This document shows, piece after piece, positions 9,971 through 20,890 of a DNA stretch of 64,000 nt. Source of the stretch: Terriglobia bacterium (GTDB taxonomy: Bacteria > Acidobacteriota > Polarisedimenticolia > Polarisedimenticolales > JAIQFR01); assembly GCA_963748015.1 (NCBI GenBank), contig CAVVHE010000004.1, positions 576,001 to 640,000 of the forward strand. The letters run 5' to 3'. Within the stretch, counting starts at the first letter, position 1; each line of letters begins with the position of its first letter. A model generated the notes under the pieces. That model saw nothing but the letters and a program-made list of their open reading frames with translations. It made no database searches and had not been told where the DNA came from. The position numbers were made by a program, and so were the translations under genes.

Positions 9971-10414
9971 ATGACCAAAGCGTTCGGTCCCCTTCTCGAA
10001 GCGGCTCGTATCCAGAGCGAGATCAACCGGCTCTTCAACAACCTCCTCGACCTCGGCACCGGGGGCAAGGACGGCGGCGCCTGGATCCCCAACGCGGACA
10101 TCGTCGAGACCGAGGACGCGCTCCTGGTCAAGGTGGAGGTGCCCGGCGTGGCGCTTTCGGGGCTGACGGTCTCCGTCCTCGGCGGCAACCTGATCCTCCA
10201 GGGGGACAAGGCGCGTGCCGAGCCGGATCCGCGATCGAAGTTCCACCTCGCCGAGCGCGCCTTCGGCCGGTTCCGCCGCGTCATCAACCTGGGGGTACCG
10301 GTGAACACCCACCGCGCGGAGGCGGAGCTGCAGGACGGCCTCCTCAAGTTGCGTTTCCCGAAGGTCCCGAACCGCCGCGGAGAAGAGGTCGCGATCGAGG
10401 TGAAGACGCCATGA
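9971..10414 (+). CDS. Hsp20/alpha-crystallin small heat shock protein
   Basis: WIPNADIVET, EVPGV, ERAFGRFRR, AELQDGLLKLRFPK. Confidence 0.92.
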   Translation: MTKAFGPLLEAARIQSEINRLFNNLLDLGTGGKDGGAWIPNADIVETEDALLVKVEVPGVALSGLTVSVLGGNLILQGDKARAEPDPRSKFHLAERAFGRFRRVINLGVPVNTHRAEAELQDGLLKLRFPKVPNRRGEEVAIEVKTP

Positions 10415-12843
10415 AGGCACAGGCTGCGGATCAACCCGCCGAGGAGCAGGTCCGCGTCCCGTCGGAGCTGCCCGTGCTGCCCCTCCGGGACATGGTCGTG
10501 TATCCCTTCATCATCGCGCCGCTCTCGGTGGCCCGGGAGCTATCGATACAGGCGGTGGACCGCGCGCTGAGCGAGAACCGGATGATCCTCCTCGTCGCCC
10601 AGAAGGAGAAGGACGAGGAGGAGCCGACGGCCGACGACCTGTTCCAGGTCGGGACCGTCGCGGTCATCATGCGTATGTTGAAGCTCCCCGACGAGAGGAT
10701 TCGCGTGCTCGTCCAGGGGGTGTGCCGCGCGAGGGTGACCGAGTTCCTCGCGATGCGTCCGTATTTCCAGGCGAGGATCGACCGCCTCGCGGACCAGGCT
10801 CACGACCCCTCCTCGATCGAGAAGGAAGCGCTGATGCGCTCGGTGAAGCGGACTCTCGAGCGCGCCACGAGCCTCGGGAAGAACCTCCCGTCCGAGGTCA
10901 TGGTCATCGCGAACAACCTCGAGGATCCCGGGCGCCTCGCGGACCTCACCGCGTCGAATCTCGACCTCAAGGTGGGGGAGGCGCAGGAGGTCCTCGAGAC
11001 CCTCGATCCGGTGGCGCGCCTGAAGCGCGCGCACGATCTCCTCGGGCGGGAGCTCAACCTGCTGTCCATGCAGCGCGAGATCGACTCGATGGCCCGGGAC
11101 GAGATGGACCGTTCGCAGCGCGAGTTCTTCCTGAGGCAGCAGATGAAGGCGATCCAGAGCGAGCTCGGCGAGGGGAACGAGCTGGCCGAGGAGATCGAGC
11201 AGTACCGGCAAAAAGCGAAGGACCTGAAGATGCCGGCGCACGCGGTCGAGGAGATGGAAAAGCAGATCAAGAAGCTCGAGCGGATGCACCCCGACTCCGC
11301 CGAGACCGCCACGGTCCGCAACTTCCTCGACTGGCTCACCGGGATGCCCTGGGGGAAGGAGACGAAGGACAACCTCAACCTCAAGAAGGCGAGGCGGATC
11401 CTCGACGAGGACCACGACGGCCTCGAGAACATCAAGGAGAGGATCCTCGAGTACCTCGCCGTGCGAAAGCTCCGCAGCCACAGCAAGGGGCCGATTCTCT
11501 GCTTCGTCGGTCCTCCCGGCGTCGGGAAAACGTCCCTCGGCCGCTCGATCGCCCGGGCCCTCGGCAGGAACTTCGTCCGGCTCTCGCTCGGGGGAGTGAA
11601 GGACGAGGCGGAGATCCGCGGGCACCGCCGGACGTACGTCGGCGCCATGCCCGGACGGATCATCCAGGGCATCCACCAGGCCGGCTCCGGCAACCCCGTG
11701 TTCATGCTCGACGAGGTCGACAAGATCGGCGCGGACTTCCGCGGCGACCCGTCGGCCGCGCTCCTCGAGGTCCTCGACCCCGAGCAGAACTTCTCCTTCC
11801 GGGACCACTATCTCGGCCTGCAGTACGATCTGTCGAACGTCATGTTCATCACGACCGCGAACCTCCTCGACCCGATCCAGCCGGCGTTCCGGGACCGGAT
11901 GGAGGTCATCCGCCTTTCCGGCTACACCGAGGAGGAGAAGCTCACGATCGCCCGCCGTCACCTCGTCCCGCGGCAGATCGCGGAGAACGGCCTGAAGGGG
12001 GCGCAGATCGAGTTCTCGGAGAACGCCATCAAGGCCCTCATCGCCGAGTACACCCGCGAGGCGGGGCTCCGAAACCTCGAGCGCTGCATCGCGTCGCTCT
12101 GCCGCAAGGTCGCGCGGCAGGTGGCGGAAGGGCGCCGCGGGAAGGTGCGGATCATCGCGTCGAGCCTCGAATCGTTCCTCGGGGCGGCCCTGGCCTCGAG
12201 AGAGGACGCGCTCACCGAGGACAAGGTCGGCGTGGCGACGGGCCTGGCCTGGACCGAGGCCGGCGGCGACGTGCTGTTCGTCGAGGCGACCACGATGAAG
12301 GGGCGGGGCAACCTGATCCTGACGGGCCATCTCGGCGAGGTGATGAAGGAGTCCGCGCAGGCGGCGCTCTCCTATGCCCGCGCGAACGGGCGCGCGCTGG
12401 GCATCCCCGAGGGTTTCTTCGAGGAGAAGGACGTCCACGTGCACGTGCCGCAGGGGGCGATCCCCAAGGACGGCCCTTCCGCGGGGATCACGATGGCCAC
12501 CGCGATCCTCTCCGCGTTCACCGACCGGCCCGTGGCCCGGGAAGTCGCGATGACGGGGGAGATCACCCTCCGGGGGAACGTGCTCCCCGTCGGCGGCATC
12601 AAGGAGAAGGTCCTGGCCGCGCGGCGCTCCGGAATCGGGACGATCATCCTCCCCGAGGTGAATCGAAAGAACCTCGAGGAGATCCCGCCCGGGCTCCGCA
12701 AGGACCTGCGCTTCGTTTTCGTCCGCGACGTCCAGGAAGTCTTTTCCGTCGCGCTCCGGGAGTCCGCCACGCTGCAGGCGGGTCCGGAGACGAGCGAGGG
12801 GCGGAAGGCCCCGTCCCGCCCGCGCCCGGCCCGGGTACCGTGA
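10411..12843 (+). CDS. lon: ATP-dependent Lon protease
   Basis: LPVLPLRD N-domain, GPPGVGKTS Walker [19 protein letters not shown] catalytic Ser motif, MTGEITLRG. Confidence 0.98.
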   Translation: MKAQAADQPAEEQVRVPSELPVLPLRDMVVYPFIIAPLSVARELSIQAVDRALSENRMILLVAQKEKDEEEPTADDLFQVGTVAVIMRMLKLPDERIRVLVQGVCRARVTEFLAMRPYFQARIDRLADQAHDPSSIEKEALMRSVKRTLERATSLGKNLPSEVMVIANNLEDPGRLADLTASNLDLKVGEAQEVLETLDPVARLKRAHDLLGRELNLLSMQREIDSMARDEMDRSQREFFLRQQMKAIQSELGEGNELAEEIEQYRQKAKDLKMPAHAVEEMEKQIKKLERMHPDSAETATVRNFLDWLTGMPWGKETKDNLNLKKARRILDEDHDGLENIKERILEYLAVRKLRSHSKGPILCFVGPPGVGKTSLGRSIARALGRNFVRLSLGGVKDEAEIRGHRRTYVGAMPGRIIQGIHQAGSGNPVFMLDEVDKIGADFRGDPSAALLEVLDPEQNFSFRDHYLGLQYDLSNVMFITTANLLDPIQPAFRDRMEVIRLSGYTEEEKLTIARRHLVPRQIAENGLKGAQIEFSENAIKALIAEYTREAGLRNLERCIASLCRKVARQVAEGRRGKVRIIASSLESFLGAALASREDALTEDKVGVATGLAWTEAGGDVLFVEATTMKGRGNLILTGHLGEVMKESAQAALSYARANGRALGIPEGFFEEKDVHVHVPQGAIPKDGPSAGITMATAILSAFTDRPVAREVAMTGEITLRGNVLPVGGIKEKVLAARRSGIGTIILPEVNRKNLEEIPPGLRKDLRFVFVRDVQEVFSVALRESATLQAGPETSEGRKAPSRPRPARVP

Positions 12844-12867
12844 AGGGGCCGGCGCCCCCGCTCTTCC

Positions 12868-12896
12868 TTGACCCCCGAGAGGGGGCTACCTAGAAT
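12868..12896 (+). promoter_or_regulatory. Sigma70 promoter upstream of the ECF/secretion operon
   Basis: TTGACC-N17-TAGAAT. Confidence 0.65.
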
Positions 12897-12906
12897 GCGG
12901 TTCCCG

Positions 12907-12936
12907 GGACCGTCCCCGACGACGGTCCTTTTTTTT
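12907..12936 (+). terminator. Intrinsic terminator
   Basis: GGACCGTC-CCCGAC-GACGGTCC perfect 8-bp stem followed by T8. Confidence 0.75.
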
Positions 12937-13022
12937 CGGGATCCGGCTAGACGCCGGGGCGGGGTGGTCCGTACCTCAGTGCGGCTCCCGTCCCGGATCG
13001 CCGTGTCCCCGAAGCCGGGCGG

Positions 13023-13622
13023 ATGCGGGACGAAGCCGATCTGATAAGGGAAGCCGCGCGTGGCGACGCGGGCGCGTTCGAGGAGTTGGTGCTCCGGAAG
13101 CGCGAACGGGTGGTCCGCACTGCCTATCAGATCACGGGCGATCTCGAGGACGCCCGGGACGTCGCGCAGTGGGTGTTCGTCAGGCTCTGGAAGGTGCTGC
13201 GGCGGTTCGACCCGGGCCGCCGATTCGACACGTGGCTGTACAGGATCACCGTGAACGCCGCCATCGACCTGCTCCGTGAAAAAGGCCCCCGCGGGGCGCT
13301 CCAGCCCCTGCCGGAGGATCCGTCGGCTCTCCCGGCGAACGGCGCCCCCTCGGCCGAGCGGTCGATGGACCTCAAGGAGCTGCAGCGGGCGTTCCTCAGG
13401 CTCGCGTCGCGCCTCGCCCCCAAGCAGCGGGCGGCTTTCGTGCTGCGCGAGATCGAGGGGCTCTCCACCGAGGAGGTCGCGAGGGCCCTCGACATCCGCG
13501 AGTCCACCGTGAGGAACCACCTCCTCCAGGCCAGGCGCGTCCTCCGCGAGGGCCTGGAGCGGGAGTATCCGGGACTCGTGCCGCCCGAGCTCCGCCGGCC
13601 GCGGACGGAGGGCGAGAGGTGA
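13023..13622 (+). CDS. ECF RNA polymerase sigma factor
   Basis: [31 protein letters not shown] (region 2); [19 protein letters not shown] (region 4). Confidence 0.93.
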   Translation: MRDEADLIREAARGDAGAFEELVLRKRERVVRTAYQITGDLEDARDVAQWVFVRLWKVLRRFDPGRRFDTWLYRITVNAAIDLLREKGPRGALQPLPEDPSALPANGAPSAERSMDLKELQRAFLRLASRLAPKQRAAFVLREIEGLSTEEVARALDIRESTVRNHLLQARRVLREGLEREYPGLVPPELRRPRTEGER

Positions 13623-14101
13623 ACGGGCATCCCGATCCGCTCGGACTCGACGCCCTCGAGGAGGGGGAGCGCCGGGAAGCGATCGAGCACCTCGGGCGGT
13701 GCGAGGCCTGCAGGAAAAAGGCCCTCGCCGGCGACGCCTCGCGGCTGTTCGCGCTGCTCGCCGCGAGCCCGGTGCCGCGCGACATCCTCGATCGGGTGTC
13801 CTCCGGGGTCGCCGCCGCCATCCGGGGCGAGGCGCCCGTTCCCCGCCGCGCTCCGTCGTACCGCGTCCGCACGGCATCGGCCTGGGCGGCGGCCGCCGTG
13901 CTGGCCGCAGCGATTCTGCTCCCCCTGGCGGGCCGGCCCGGACAACCCGGTCCGGAGCGCGCGTCCGCGGCTCCCTCCCGAGAGCAGGTCCCCCGCGCGG
14001 GAGTGCAGCTCGTCGCATCCCCCGGCGCGATACAGACGGTGGATCTCACCGTGGGAGAGACACAGCTCGTCATGATCTTCGATCCGAGGCTAGAGCTATG
14101 A
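13619..14101 (+). CDS. Putative zinc-binding (ZAS) membrane anti-sigma factor
   Basis: HLGRCEAC = HxxxCxxC; one TM helix; start overlaps the sigma factor stop. Confidence 0.75.
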   Translation: MNGHPDPLGLDALEEGERREAIEHLGRCEACRKKALAGDASRLFALLAASPVPRDILDRVSSGVAAAIRGEAPVPRRAPSYRVRTASAWAAAAVLAAAILLPLAGRPGQPGPERASAAPSREQVPRAGVQLVASPGAIQTVDLTVGETQLVMIFDPRLEL

Positions 14102-14847
14102 GCGCCGCCGGCGCACGCGGCGCGCTCGCCGCGCTCTTCCTCGCGGCCGCCTTCCTCGCGGCGTCCTTGGCACCGGCCGGCGCGGCCGAGCAGGGCAGCC
14201 CGCAGGCGGAAGCCGTCCTCGCCCGCGCCTACGAGATCCGGTTCCGCCCGCTCAAGGACGCCGCCGACCTGGTCGGATCCGTCCTCTCCCCCGACGGCTC
14301 GGTGACGCTGCAGCCCAGGCTGCGGACGCTCGTCGTCCAGGACCGCAAGTCCGTGCTCGACCGCATCGCGTCGCTCCTCGGGAGCTTCGACCTCCCGCCG
14401 CGCAACGTGGAGGTCACGCTCAGCCTCTTCCTCGGGACCGACCGGCGCGAGGAGGAAGCGGGTCGGCAGTCGCGCGCCGAGGGGCTGACGCGGGAGGTCC
14501 GCGGCGTGACCGAGACCCTCGGCGACGTGACGAAGTGGAATGCCTACGAGCCGCTCGGCAGCCGGTCGGTGATCGGCGCCGAGGGGGCGACGGTCACGGC
14601 GAACCTCTCCGAGGACTACCGGGTGACGTTCGAGGTGGAGTCGGTGACCGAGCCGCAGGGCGTGGTCAGGTTCCGCAGCGTCTCGCTCAAGCGCGTCGTC
14701 CGGAGGCCCGACGGGTCCGAGAAGGTGGAGGACCTGGTGACCACGGCCATCGTGATCCCTTCCGGGCGGCTGCTGGTGGTGGGGGCGGCGAAGAGCCCCG
14801 ATTCCCGCAAGGCGCTTTTCCTCACCCTTCAGGCGCGGCCGAGGTAG
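14098..14847 (+). CDS. Exported protein with a secretin N (N3-like) domain
   Basis: Signal peptide; YEIRFRPLKDAADLV...GSVTLQPRLRTLVVQD...RIASLLGSFDLPPRNVEV resembles the Secretin_N repeat. Confidence 0.65.
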   Translation: MSAAGARGALAALFLAAAFLAASLAPAGAAEQGSPQAEAVLARAYEIRFRPLKDAADLVGSVLSPDGSVTLQPRLRTLVVQDRKSVLDRIASLLGSFDLPPRNVEVTLSLFLGTDRREEEAGRQSRAEGLTREVRGVTETLGDVTKWNAYEPLGSRSVIGAEGATVTANLSEDYRVTFEVESVTEPQGVVRFRSVSLKRVVRRPDGSEKVEDLVTTAIVIPSGRLLVVGAAKSPDSRKALFLTLQARPR

Positions 14848-14852
14848 GCGCG

Positions 14853-16072
14853 ATGCCCCAATTCTACTGCCGCATGGCCGCGCCCACCGGCGAGATCGTC
14901 GAGAGAGTCTTGACCGGCGTCGACGAGGCGGCGCTGCGTCGCGAGCTCGAGGACAAGGACTACCTCGTCCTGGATCTGCGGCGAGCGGAGCCGCGCGCTT
15001 CAGGTGGTGGCGGAGCTGCTGAGGCTCCGCGCGAGGGTCTCGTCCCGCGAGTTCCTGTTCTTCAACCAGGAGCTGTCGGCGCTGATTCGCGCCGGCCTCC
15101 CGATCCTGACGAGCCTCGACATCCTCATCGAGCGCCGCAAGAACCCGGTGTTCCGCCGGGCGCTCGCGGACGTCCGGGAGCGGGTCAAGTCCGGGGAGAT
15201 GCTCTCGGAGGCGTTCGCGGCGCAAGGAGAGCTCTTCCCCCGGCTCTACTGCTCCGCCCTCGCGTCGGGCGAGCGGTCGGGCGAGCTGGCGACGGTGCTC
15301 AAGCGCTACATCGCCTACACGCGGAGCTCCTGGCCATCCGGCGGAAGGTCGTGGCGGCGATGACCTACCCGGCGATCCTCCTGGTCCTGTCCGTCGGCCT
15401 GGTCGCGCTGATGACCTTCTACATCATCCCGAAGTTCACGTCCTTCATGACGGAACTCGGCACCGACGCTGCCGCTGGATCACCCGGGCCCTGCTGGGCA
15501 CCGCGAATTTCACGCGAGACCACTGGATCGTCCTTGTCGGCGGGGTCGCGGCGAGCTTCATCGCGATCACCGCGTGGCAGAGGAGCGGCTCGGGCCGGAT
15601 CGCTTTCGACCGCATCAAGCTGCGCCTTCCGATCGTGGGGGGAGTCGTCCACGATTACGCGCAGAACCGGTTCACGCGCACCCTCGGGACGCTCGCCGCG
15701 GGGGGTATCCCGCTGGTCGTCTCCCTCGAGCTCGCGGCCCGCGCGGTGGGGAACGCGCTGTTCGAAAGGGAGCTCCTGCAGGTGGCCGTCCGCGTGCGCG
15801 AGGGGCAATCGCTCTGGGAATCGCTGGAACGGACCGGGCTGTTGAACGACATCGCCATCGAGATGATCAAGGTCGGCGAGTCCACCGGGTCGCTGGAGGA
15901 GATGCTCGAGAACACGTCGGAGTTCATGGACGAGGAGATCGACTACAAGCTGACGCGGGTGGTCTCGCTGATCGAGCCGCTCATGCTGGTATTCATGGCG
16001 GTAGTGGTCGGCGGCATGCTGCTGGCGATCTACCTCCCCCTGATTCGCACCTACGGCCAGGCCAGGTTCTGA
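14853..16072 (+). CDS. pilC: Type II secretion/type IV pilus inner-membrane platform protein (GspF/PilC), frameshifted in this sequence
   Basis: Segments FNQELSALIRAGLPIL, SGERSGEL, AMTYPA, RFTRTLGTL, MIKVGESTGSL and LIEPL lie in different frames; shifts near 14985, 15322 and 15468-15478. Confidence 0.85.
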
Positions 16073-16085
16073 CCGGGAGACCCCG

Positions 16086-17738
16086 ATGGCGGAAGACACC
16101 AAGGCCCGGGACGAGAAGACGGCGACGGCGGCGGAGTCCGGGGCCAGCGAGGAGATCCTCTCGGAGGAGTATCAGGCGCAGCGGCTCGCCGAGCGGCTGG
16201 GGATCGAGTACGTCGACCTCGAGCACTTCGAGATCGACCCCGAGCTGTTCCGCTCCCTCCCCGTGGACCTCATGTTCCGCTACAACTTCGTCCCCCGGCA
16301 CCGCACCGAGAAGGGGCTCGTGATCGTGCTGGCGGATCCCACGGACGTCCTGATGATCGACGAGCTGGAGCTCCTGCTCGGCTCGAGCATCGACGTCTGC
16401 GTCGGCACTCCCACCGCGATCCAGGAGATCCTGAAGAAGAGCGAGTCCTCCCAGCGGGTCCTGGAGGAGGCGACCGAGGACTTCAAGATCCAGATCGTCA
16501 CCGAGGACGAGGAGACGGGGGAGGAAACCCTCTCCATCGACAAGCTGACCTCCGATTCGTCGCCGATCATCAAGCTGGTGGACTCGACGATCTTCAACGC
16601 GCTCCAGCGCCGGGCGTCGGACATCCACATCGAGACTCGGGAGCGCGAGGTCGTGATCAAGTACCGGATCGACGGCGTCCTCTACCAGGCGATGGAGCCG
16701 ATCGACAAGAAGTTCCACTCGACGATCATCTCCCGGATCAAGGTCATGTCGGAGCTCGACATCTCCGAGAAGCGCGTCCCCCAGGACGGCAGGTTCAAGC
16801 TCCGCGTCAAGGGGCGCAACGTGGACTTCCGCGTCTCGATCATGCCGAGCGTGCACGGCGAGGACTGCGTGATCCGCATCCTGGACAAGGAGTACACGAG
16901 CGAGACGTTCTCGCAGCTCACGCTGGACATCTGCGGCTTCGAGGAGCGCGACCTGCTGCGGATCCGCCGGTTCATCAAGGAGCCGTACGGGATGGTGCTG
17001 GTGACCGGTCCCACGGGCTCCGGGAAGACCACGACGCTGTACGCCGCCGTGTCGGAGATCAGGACCGAGGAGGACAAGATCGTCACGATCGAGGACCCGG
17101 TAGAGTACCAGCTCCCCGGGATCACGCAGATCCCGGTGAACGAGAAGAAGGGGCTGACCTTCGCCCGCGGGCTGCGCTCGATCCTCCGCCACGATCCGGA
17201 CAAGATCATGGTGGGGGAGATCCGGGACGAGGAGACCGCCCAGATCGCGATCCAGTCCGCGCTCACCGGCCACCTGGTGTTCACCACCGTGCACGCCAAC
17301 AACGTGGTGGACGTGGTGGGACGTTTCCTGAACATGAACGTGGAGCCGTACAACTTCGTCTCCGCGCTGAACTGCATCCTGGCGCAGCGGCTCGTGCGCC
17401 TGATCTGCGCGAGCTGCCGGCGGCCCGTCAAGGCGAGCCGCGAGCTGCTCTTGGCGTCGGGCCTCGACCCGGCCCGGTACAGCGACTACACGTTCTACGA
17501 GGGGAAGGGCTGCATCGACTGCAACGGCACGGGGTACCGCGGGAGGACGGCGATCGCCGAGCTCCTCGACATGTCCGACCGGATCCGCGAGATGATCCTG
17601 CAGCGGAAACCGGGCTCCGACATCAAGCGCGCCGCGAAGGAGGAAGGCATGACCTTCCTCCGGGAGGCGGCGCTCGCCAAGGTGTTCGCGGGGAAGACGT
17701 CGCTGCAGGAGATCAACAAGGTGACCTTCGTCGAATGA
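16086..17738 (+). CDS. pilB: Type II/IV secretion assembly ATPase (GspE/PilB)
   Basis: RASDIHIE, RVPQDGR, GPTGSGKTTT, TIEDPVEY, LRHDPD, TGHLVFTTVH, CxxC zinc motifs. Confidence 0.95.
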   Translation: MAEDTKARDEKTATAAESGASEEILSEEYQAQRLAERLGIEYVDLEHFEIDPELFRSLPVDLMFRYNFVPRHRTEKGLVIVLADPTDVLMIDELELLLGSSIDVCVGTPTAIQEILKKSESSQRVLEEATEDFKIQIVTEDEETGEETLSIDKLTSDSSPIIKLVDSTIFNALQRRASDIHIETREREVVIKYRIDGVLYQAMEPIDKKFHSTIISRIKVMSELDISEKRVPQDGRFKLRVKGRNVDFRVSIMPSVHGEDCVIRILDKEYTSETFSQLTLDICGFEERDLLRIRRFIKEPYGMVLVTGPTGSGKTTTLYAAVSEIRTEEDKIVTIEDPVEYQLPGITQIPVNEKKGLTFARGLRSILRHDPDKIMVGEIRDEETAQIAIQSALTGHLVFTTVHANNVVDVVGRFLNMNVEPYNFVSALNCILAQRLVRLICASCRRPVKASRELLLASGLDPARYSDYTFYEGKGCIDCNGTGYRGRTAIAELLDMSDRIREMILQRKPGSDIKRAAKEEGMTFLREAALAKVFAGKTSLQEINKVTFVE

Positions 17739-17766
17739 CGGCGCACCCCTCCGGCCCGGAGAATCC

Positions 17767-18783
17767 ATGAGCCTGGTGGCCTCACTGCTCGAACCGTTCC
17801 GGCGAATCGATCTCGATCGCGTGGCGCTCCTTCGCGCTTCGGCGCCGCCCGTGGCGGTAGAGGTGGATCGCTCGGAGATGGTCCTGGTGCGCCTCCGGCT
17901 GCGCCGGCGCGGGCTCGCCGTGCTCGAGGCCCACGCCAGCCGCCCGATGCCGGAACCCGTCACGGAGAGCTCGAACCTCAAGGTCAATCTCGGCGCCCTG
18001 GAGGAGACGACGCGCAAGGCCAGGGAGCTGTTCGAGTCCACGGGCACCCGCCCCGGCCGCGTCTCGCTGGTGCTCCCCGACAACCTCGCGAGGGTCTCGT
18101 TGCTGAGCTTTCCCGAGCGCCCGCCGAGCCGGCGCCACCTCGACGAGATGGTCCGCTTCAAGCTCCGCAAGTCGGTTCCGTTCCGGCTGGAGGAGGCGTC
18201 GATCTCCTACCAGGTCCTCCCGGGCAACGGGACCGAGATGCAGGTCCTGGTCGCGCTGATGCTCCGGTCGGCCGTGGAGCAGTTCGAGCAGGTCTTCGAG
18301 GCCGTCGGCGCCCGTCCGGGACGGGTGGACCTCAGCACGCTGGCCCTGTTCAACCTGTGCCGCCGCGACATCGCGAAAGCCTCGGCTCACGACCGGGACG
18401 TGGCCCTGCTGAACTGCGCGAGAGGGTACTTCTCTCTCCTGATCGTCCGGGGAGAGCGAATCCTCTTCTACCGCAGCAAGTCGCTCTCCGCCGAGGAGGG
18501 AAGCGCGGAGTCCGTGGGGCCGGTGCTGAACCGCGAGCTGGCGACGTCGGTCTCCTATTACCAGGAGAAGCTCGGCGGGCAGGGGATCTCGACGACGTTC
18601 GTGAGGGACGTGAACGCCGCGCCGGGCGACCGGAGCGCCTCGCTCGAGGCGCTCGGCCTGGGGAGCGTGGTGGCGATCCGCCCGGCGAGCCACCTCGAGC
18701 TTCCGCCGGGGCGCGGGCTCGATCCCCTGACCGGCCAGCGGATCGCCCCCGCGGTGGGCGCGGCGGCGAGGAGGGTGGAGTGA
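17767..18783 (+). CDS. PilM/GspL-like actin-fold alignment protein
   Basis: Position in the operon; VAVEVD, VSLVLPD, KSVPFRLEEA, APAVGAA resemble PilM. Confidence 0.7.
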   Translation: MSLVASLLEPFRRIDLDRVALLRASAPPVAVEVDRSEMVLVRLRLRRRGLAVLEAHASRPMPEPVTESSNLKVNLGALEETTRKARELFESTGTRPGRVSLVLPDNLARVSLLSFPERPPSRRHLDEMVRFKLRKSVPFRLEEASISYQVLPGNGTEMQVLVALMLRSAVEQFEQVFEAVGARPGRVDLSTLALFNLCRRDIAKASAHDRDVALLNCARGYFSLLIVRGERILFYRSKSLSAEEGSAESVGPVLNRELATSVSYYQEKLGGQGISTTFVRDVNAAPGDRSASLEALGLGSVVAIRPASHLELPPGRGLDPLTGQRIAPAVGAAARRVE

Positions 18784-19613
18784 CCCAGCCGCTCGATCTC
18801 AACCTGGCCACGCATCCGTTCCGCAACAACACGCTGTTGTGGGCGGCCCACGGCGTGGCGTGCGCGTCGCTCCTGGCGTTCAGCATCTGGAACGTCACCG
18901 CGTTTCTCGACGAGAGCGGCTCCCTGAAGGAGCTCCGGGGACAGGTCGCCCAGGTCGGGCAGCGGATGTCGGCGCTCGACCAGCGCGATCAGGGCGCCCA
19001 GGCGGGAATCGCCCGCCACGACCTGAAGGACCTGTCGATCCAGGCCGGGACCGCCAACGAAGTCATCATGATGAAGGCGCTCTCCTGGACTCGTCTCTTC
19101 AACCTGCTGGAGAAGGTCGTTCCCTACGAGGTCAAGACGGTGGCGGTCCGCCCGGCGTTCGGCACCGAGACCCGCGGCCGCCCCGAGGCGGCGCTCGCCG
19201 AGGAGTCGGTCCCGGTCTCGATCCAGGGGATCGCCCAGAGCGTCGAGGCCTTCCTGGAGCTCGAGCGCTCGCTGATCATGGACGTGCACTTCGACCAGGT
19301 CGAGCCCGAGAAGACCGACGTCGTCCCTGGGGGGAGCGAGGTCGCCTTCCAGGTGCGGTTCCTCTACTTCCCCAACGGCCGGACGAGGATCGGGAACGCC
19401 CCCGACCTTCCCCACCTCCTCGAGGCGGCGGCGGCCGAGGCGGCGTCGCCCGAGGACATCCCGGCGGGAAGCGAGGAAGGCGGAAGCGACGACGCGGCCG
19501 CTCCCCCGGCCACCGCGGCTCCCGACCCCGTCCCGGCGGCGCCCGTCCGCAAGCCTGCGGCCCCGCCGGCGGGACGCCCGGCGGCGCGCGTCGAGAAGGG
19601 GGGGAAGCGCTGA
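18780..19613 (+). CDS. PilN-like protein
   Basis: DLNLATHPF N-terminal motif, one TM helix, coiled coil, SWTRLFNLLE; GTG start overlapping the upstream stop. Confidence 0.7.
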   Translation: MTQPLDLNLATHPFRNNTLLWAAHGVACASLLAFSIWNVTAFLDESGSLKELRGQVAQVGQRMSALDQRDQGAQAGIARHDLKDLSIQAGTANEVIMMKALSWTRLFNLLEKVVPYEVKTVAVRPAFGTETRGRPEAALAEESVPVSIQGIAQSVEAFLELERSLIMDVHFDQVEPEKTDVVPGGSEVAFQVRFLYFPNGRTRIGNAPDLPHLLEAAAAEAASPEDIPAGSEEGGSDDAAAPPATAAPDPVPAAPVRKPAAPPAGRPAARVEKGGKR

Positions 19614-20230
19614 TGCTTCCCCGCAAGCTGCGATTCGACCTGAGGCAGATGGCCCGGCAGATCCTGGTGTTCTACCTCGCGGTTCTCGCCGTCAACGTCC
19701 TGGTCTACGCCGCCCTCGTCCGGCCCAGGGTCCAGAGCCTCCGCCAGATGAGGGCGGAGAGCCAGCCGGCCCGCGAGCGGCTCAAGGAACGGGAAAGCGA
19801 GGTGAAGGGGCGCGAGGACGATCTCGCGGCTCTCGACCGCGCCAAGGCCGACCTCGAGCGGCTCCGGCGGGACGTGCTGTCCACCCGCGACCGGCGGATG
19901 ATCGAGGTCCAGTTCGAGCTGGCGCAGCTCGCGCGGCAGTTCGGGATCAACCTGCAGCGGGTCCAGTACGAGAACAAGAAGCTCGAGGAGGAAGGGCTCG
20001 AGCGGTTCGCCATGGTGGTCCCGCTGAGCGGCGGGTACTCGAACCTGAGGAAGTTCCTCCAGGCCGTGGAGCACTCCGACAAGTTCCTGGTGATCGAGCA
20101 GGTGGCGCTGGCGACGGGACGCGACGGCGGAGCGCTCATCGATCTGAACATCACCCTGGCCACCTACTTCGACGATCCGGGGGCGAGAGCCGCCCAATCG
20201 GCGAAGCGGCGCGCCGCCAGGAGGGCGTGA
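19613..20230 (+). CDS. PilO/GspM-like protein
   Basis: TM helix, coiled coil, LSGGYSNLRKFL...LVIEQV motif; TGATG translational coupling. Confidence 0.75.
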   Translation: MLPRKLRFDLRQMARQILVFYLAVLAVNVLVYAALVRPRVQSLRQMRAESQPARERLKERESEVKGREDDLAALDRAKADLERLRRDVLSTRDRRMIEVQFELAQLARQFGINLQRVQYENKKLEEEGLERFAMVVPLSGGYSNLRKFLQAVEHSDKFLVIEQVALATGRDGGALIDLNITLATYFDDPGARAAQSAKRRAARRA

Positions 20231-20868
20231 TGGCCCGCAAGGTCTCCGCCCGCGAAGGGGTGCTCCTCGGCGTGCTCGTCGCCGCGACGCTCGTCTACTT
20301 CTGGGTGAGCTCGAAGCCGGAGCCCGGAACCCGTTCCGCCGCGGCGAAGGGGGCCGCGGCGAGGAAGGGGAAGGACGCCGCGTTCCGTCTGCCCGTCGTG
20401 AGGATGGACCTGCTCGCCAGCCAGACGGAAGCCTACGACGAGCGAGGACGGGACCTGTTCAAGTACAGCCAGCGGCCGCCCTCGGTCGCGGAGGTCCGCC
20501 GGCTGCGCGAAGAGGCGGCGCGACGCCAGCGGGAGATGGAGGAGGCGAACCGGCGCGCGGTCGAGGAGGCGGCGCGGCGGCAGAAGGAAGCGGAGGAGCA
20601 GGCGCAGCAGCTCGCGCTGCACCCCCCGCCCCCGCCACCGCCGACCCCGCCCCCGATCAACCTGCGCTACCTGGGGTACCTTGGACCGAAGGACAACCGG
20701 ATCGCGGTCTTCGAGGACGGGAAGGAGCTGGTCGTGGCCCGCAAGGGCGAGGTGGTCAAGGACCAGTTCAAGGTCGTGGACGTGAAATGGGATACCGTCG
20801 TGATGGGGTTCGTGAAACCCGAGTTCAAGGGGATGACCCAAGAGCTCGCCATGACGCGCGGCAAGTGA
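20227..20868 (+). CDS. PilP/GspC-like protein
   Basis: N-terminal TM, RDLFKY, proline run, LRYLGYL...VARKGEVV C-terminal domain; lies between pilO and the secretin. Confidence 0.6.
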   Translation: MMARKVSAREGVLLGVLVAATLVYFWVSSKPEPGTRSAAAKGAAARKGKDAAFRLPVVRMDLLASQTEAYDERGRDLFKYSQRPPSVAEVRRLREEAARRQREMEEANRRAVEEAARRQKEAEEQAQQLALHPPPPPPPTPPPINLRYLGYLGPKDNRIAVFEDGKELVVARKGEVVKDQFKVVDVKWDTVVMGFVKPEFKGMTQELAMTRGK

Positions 20869-20890
20869 CGGGGCCAGGGGAGACGAATCC

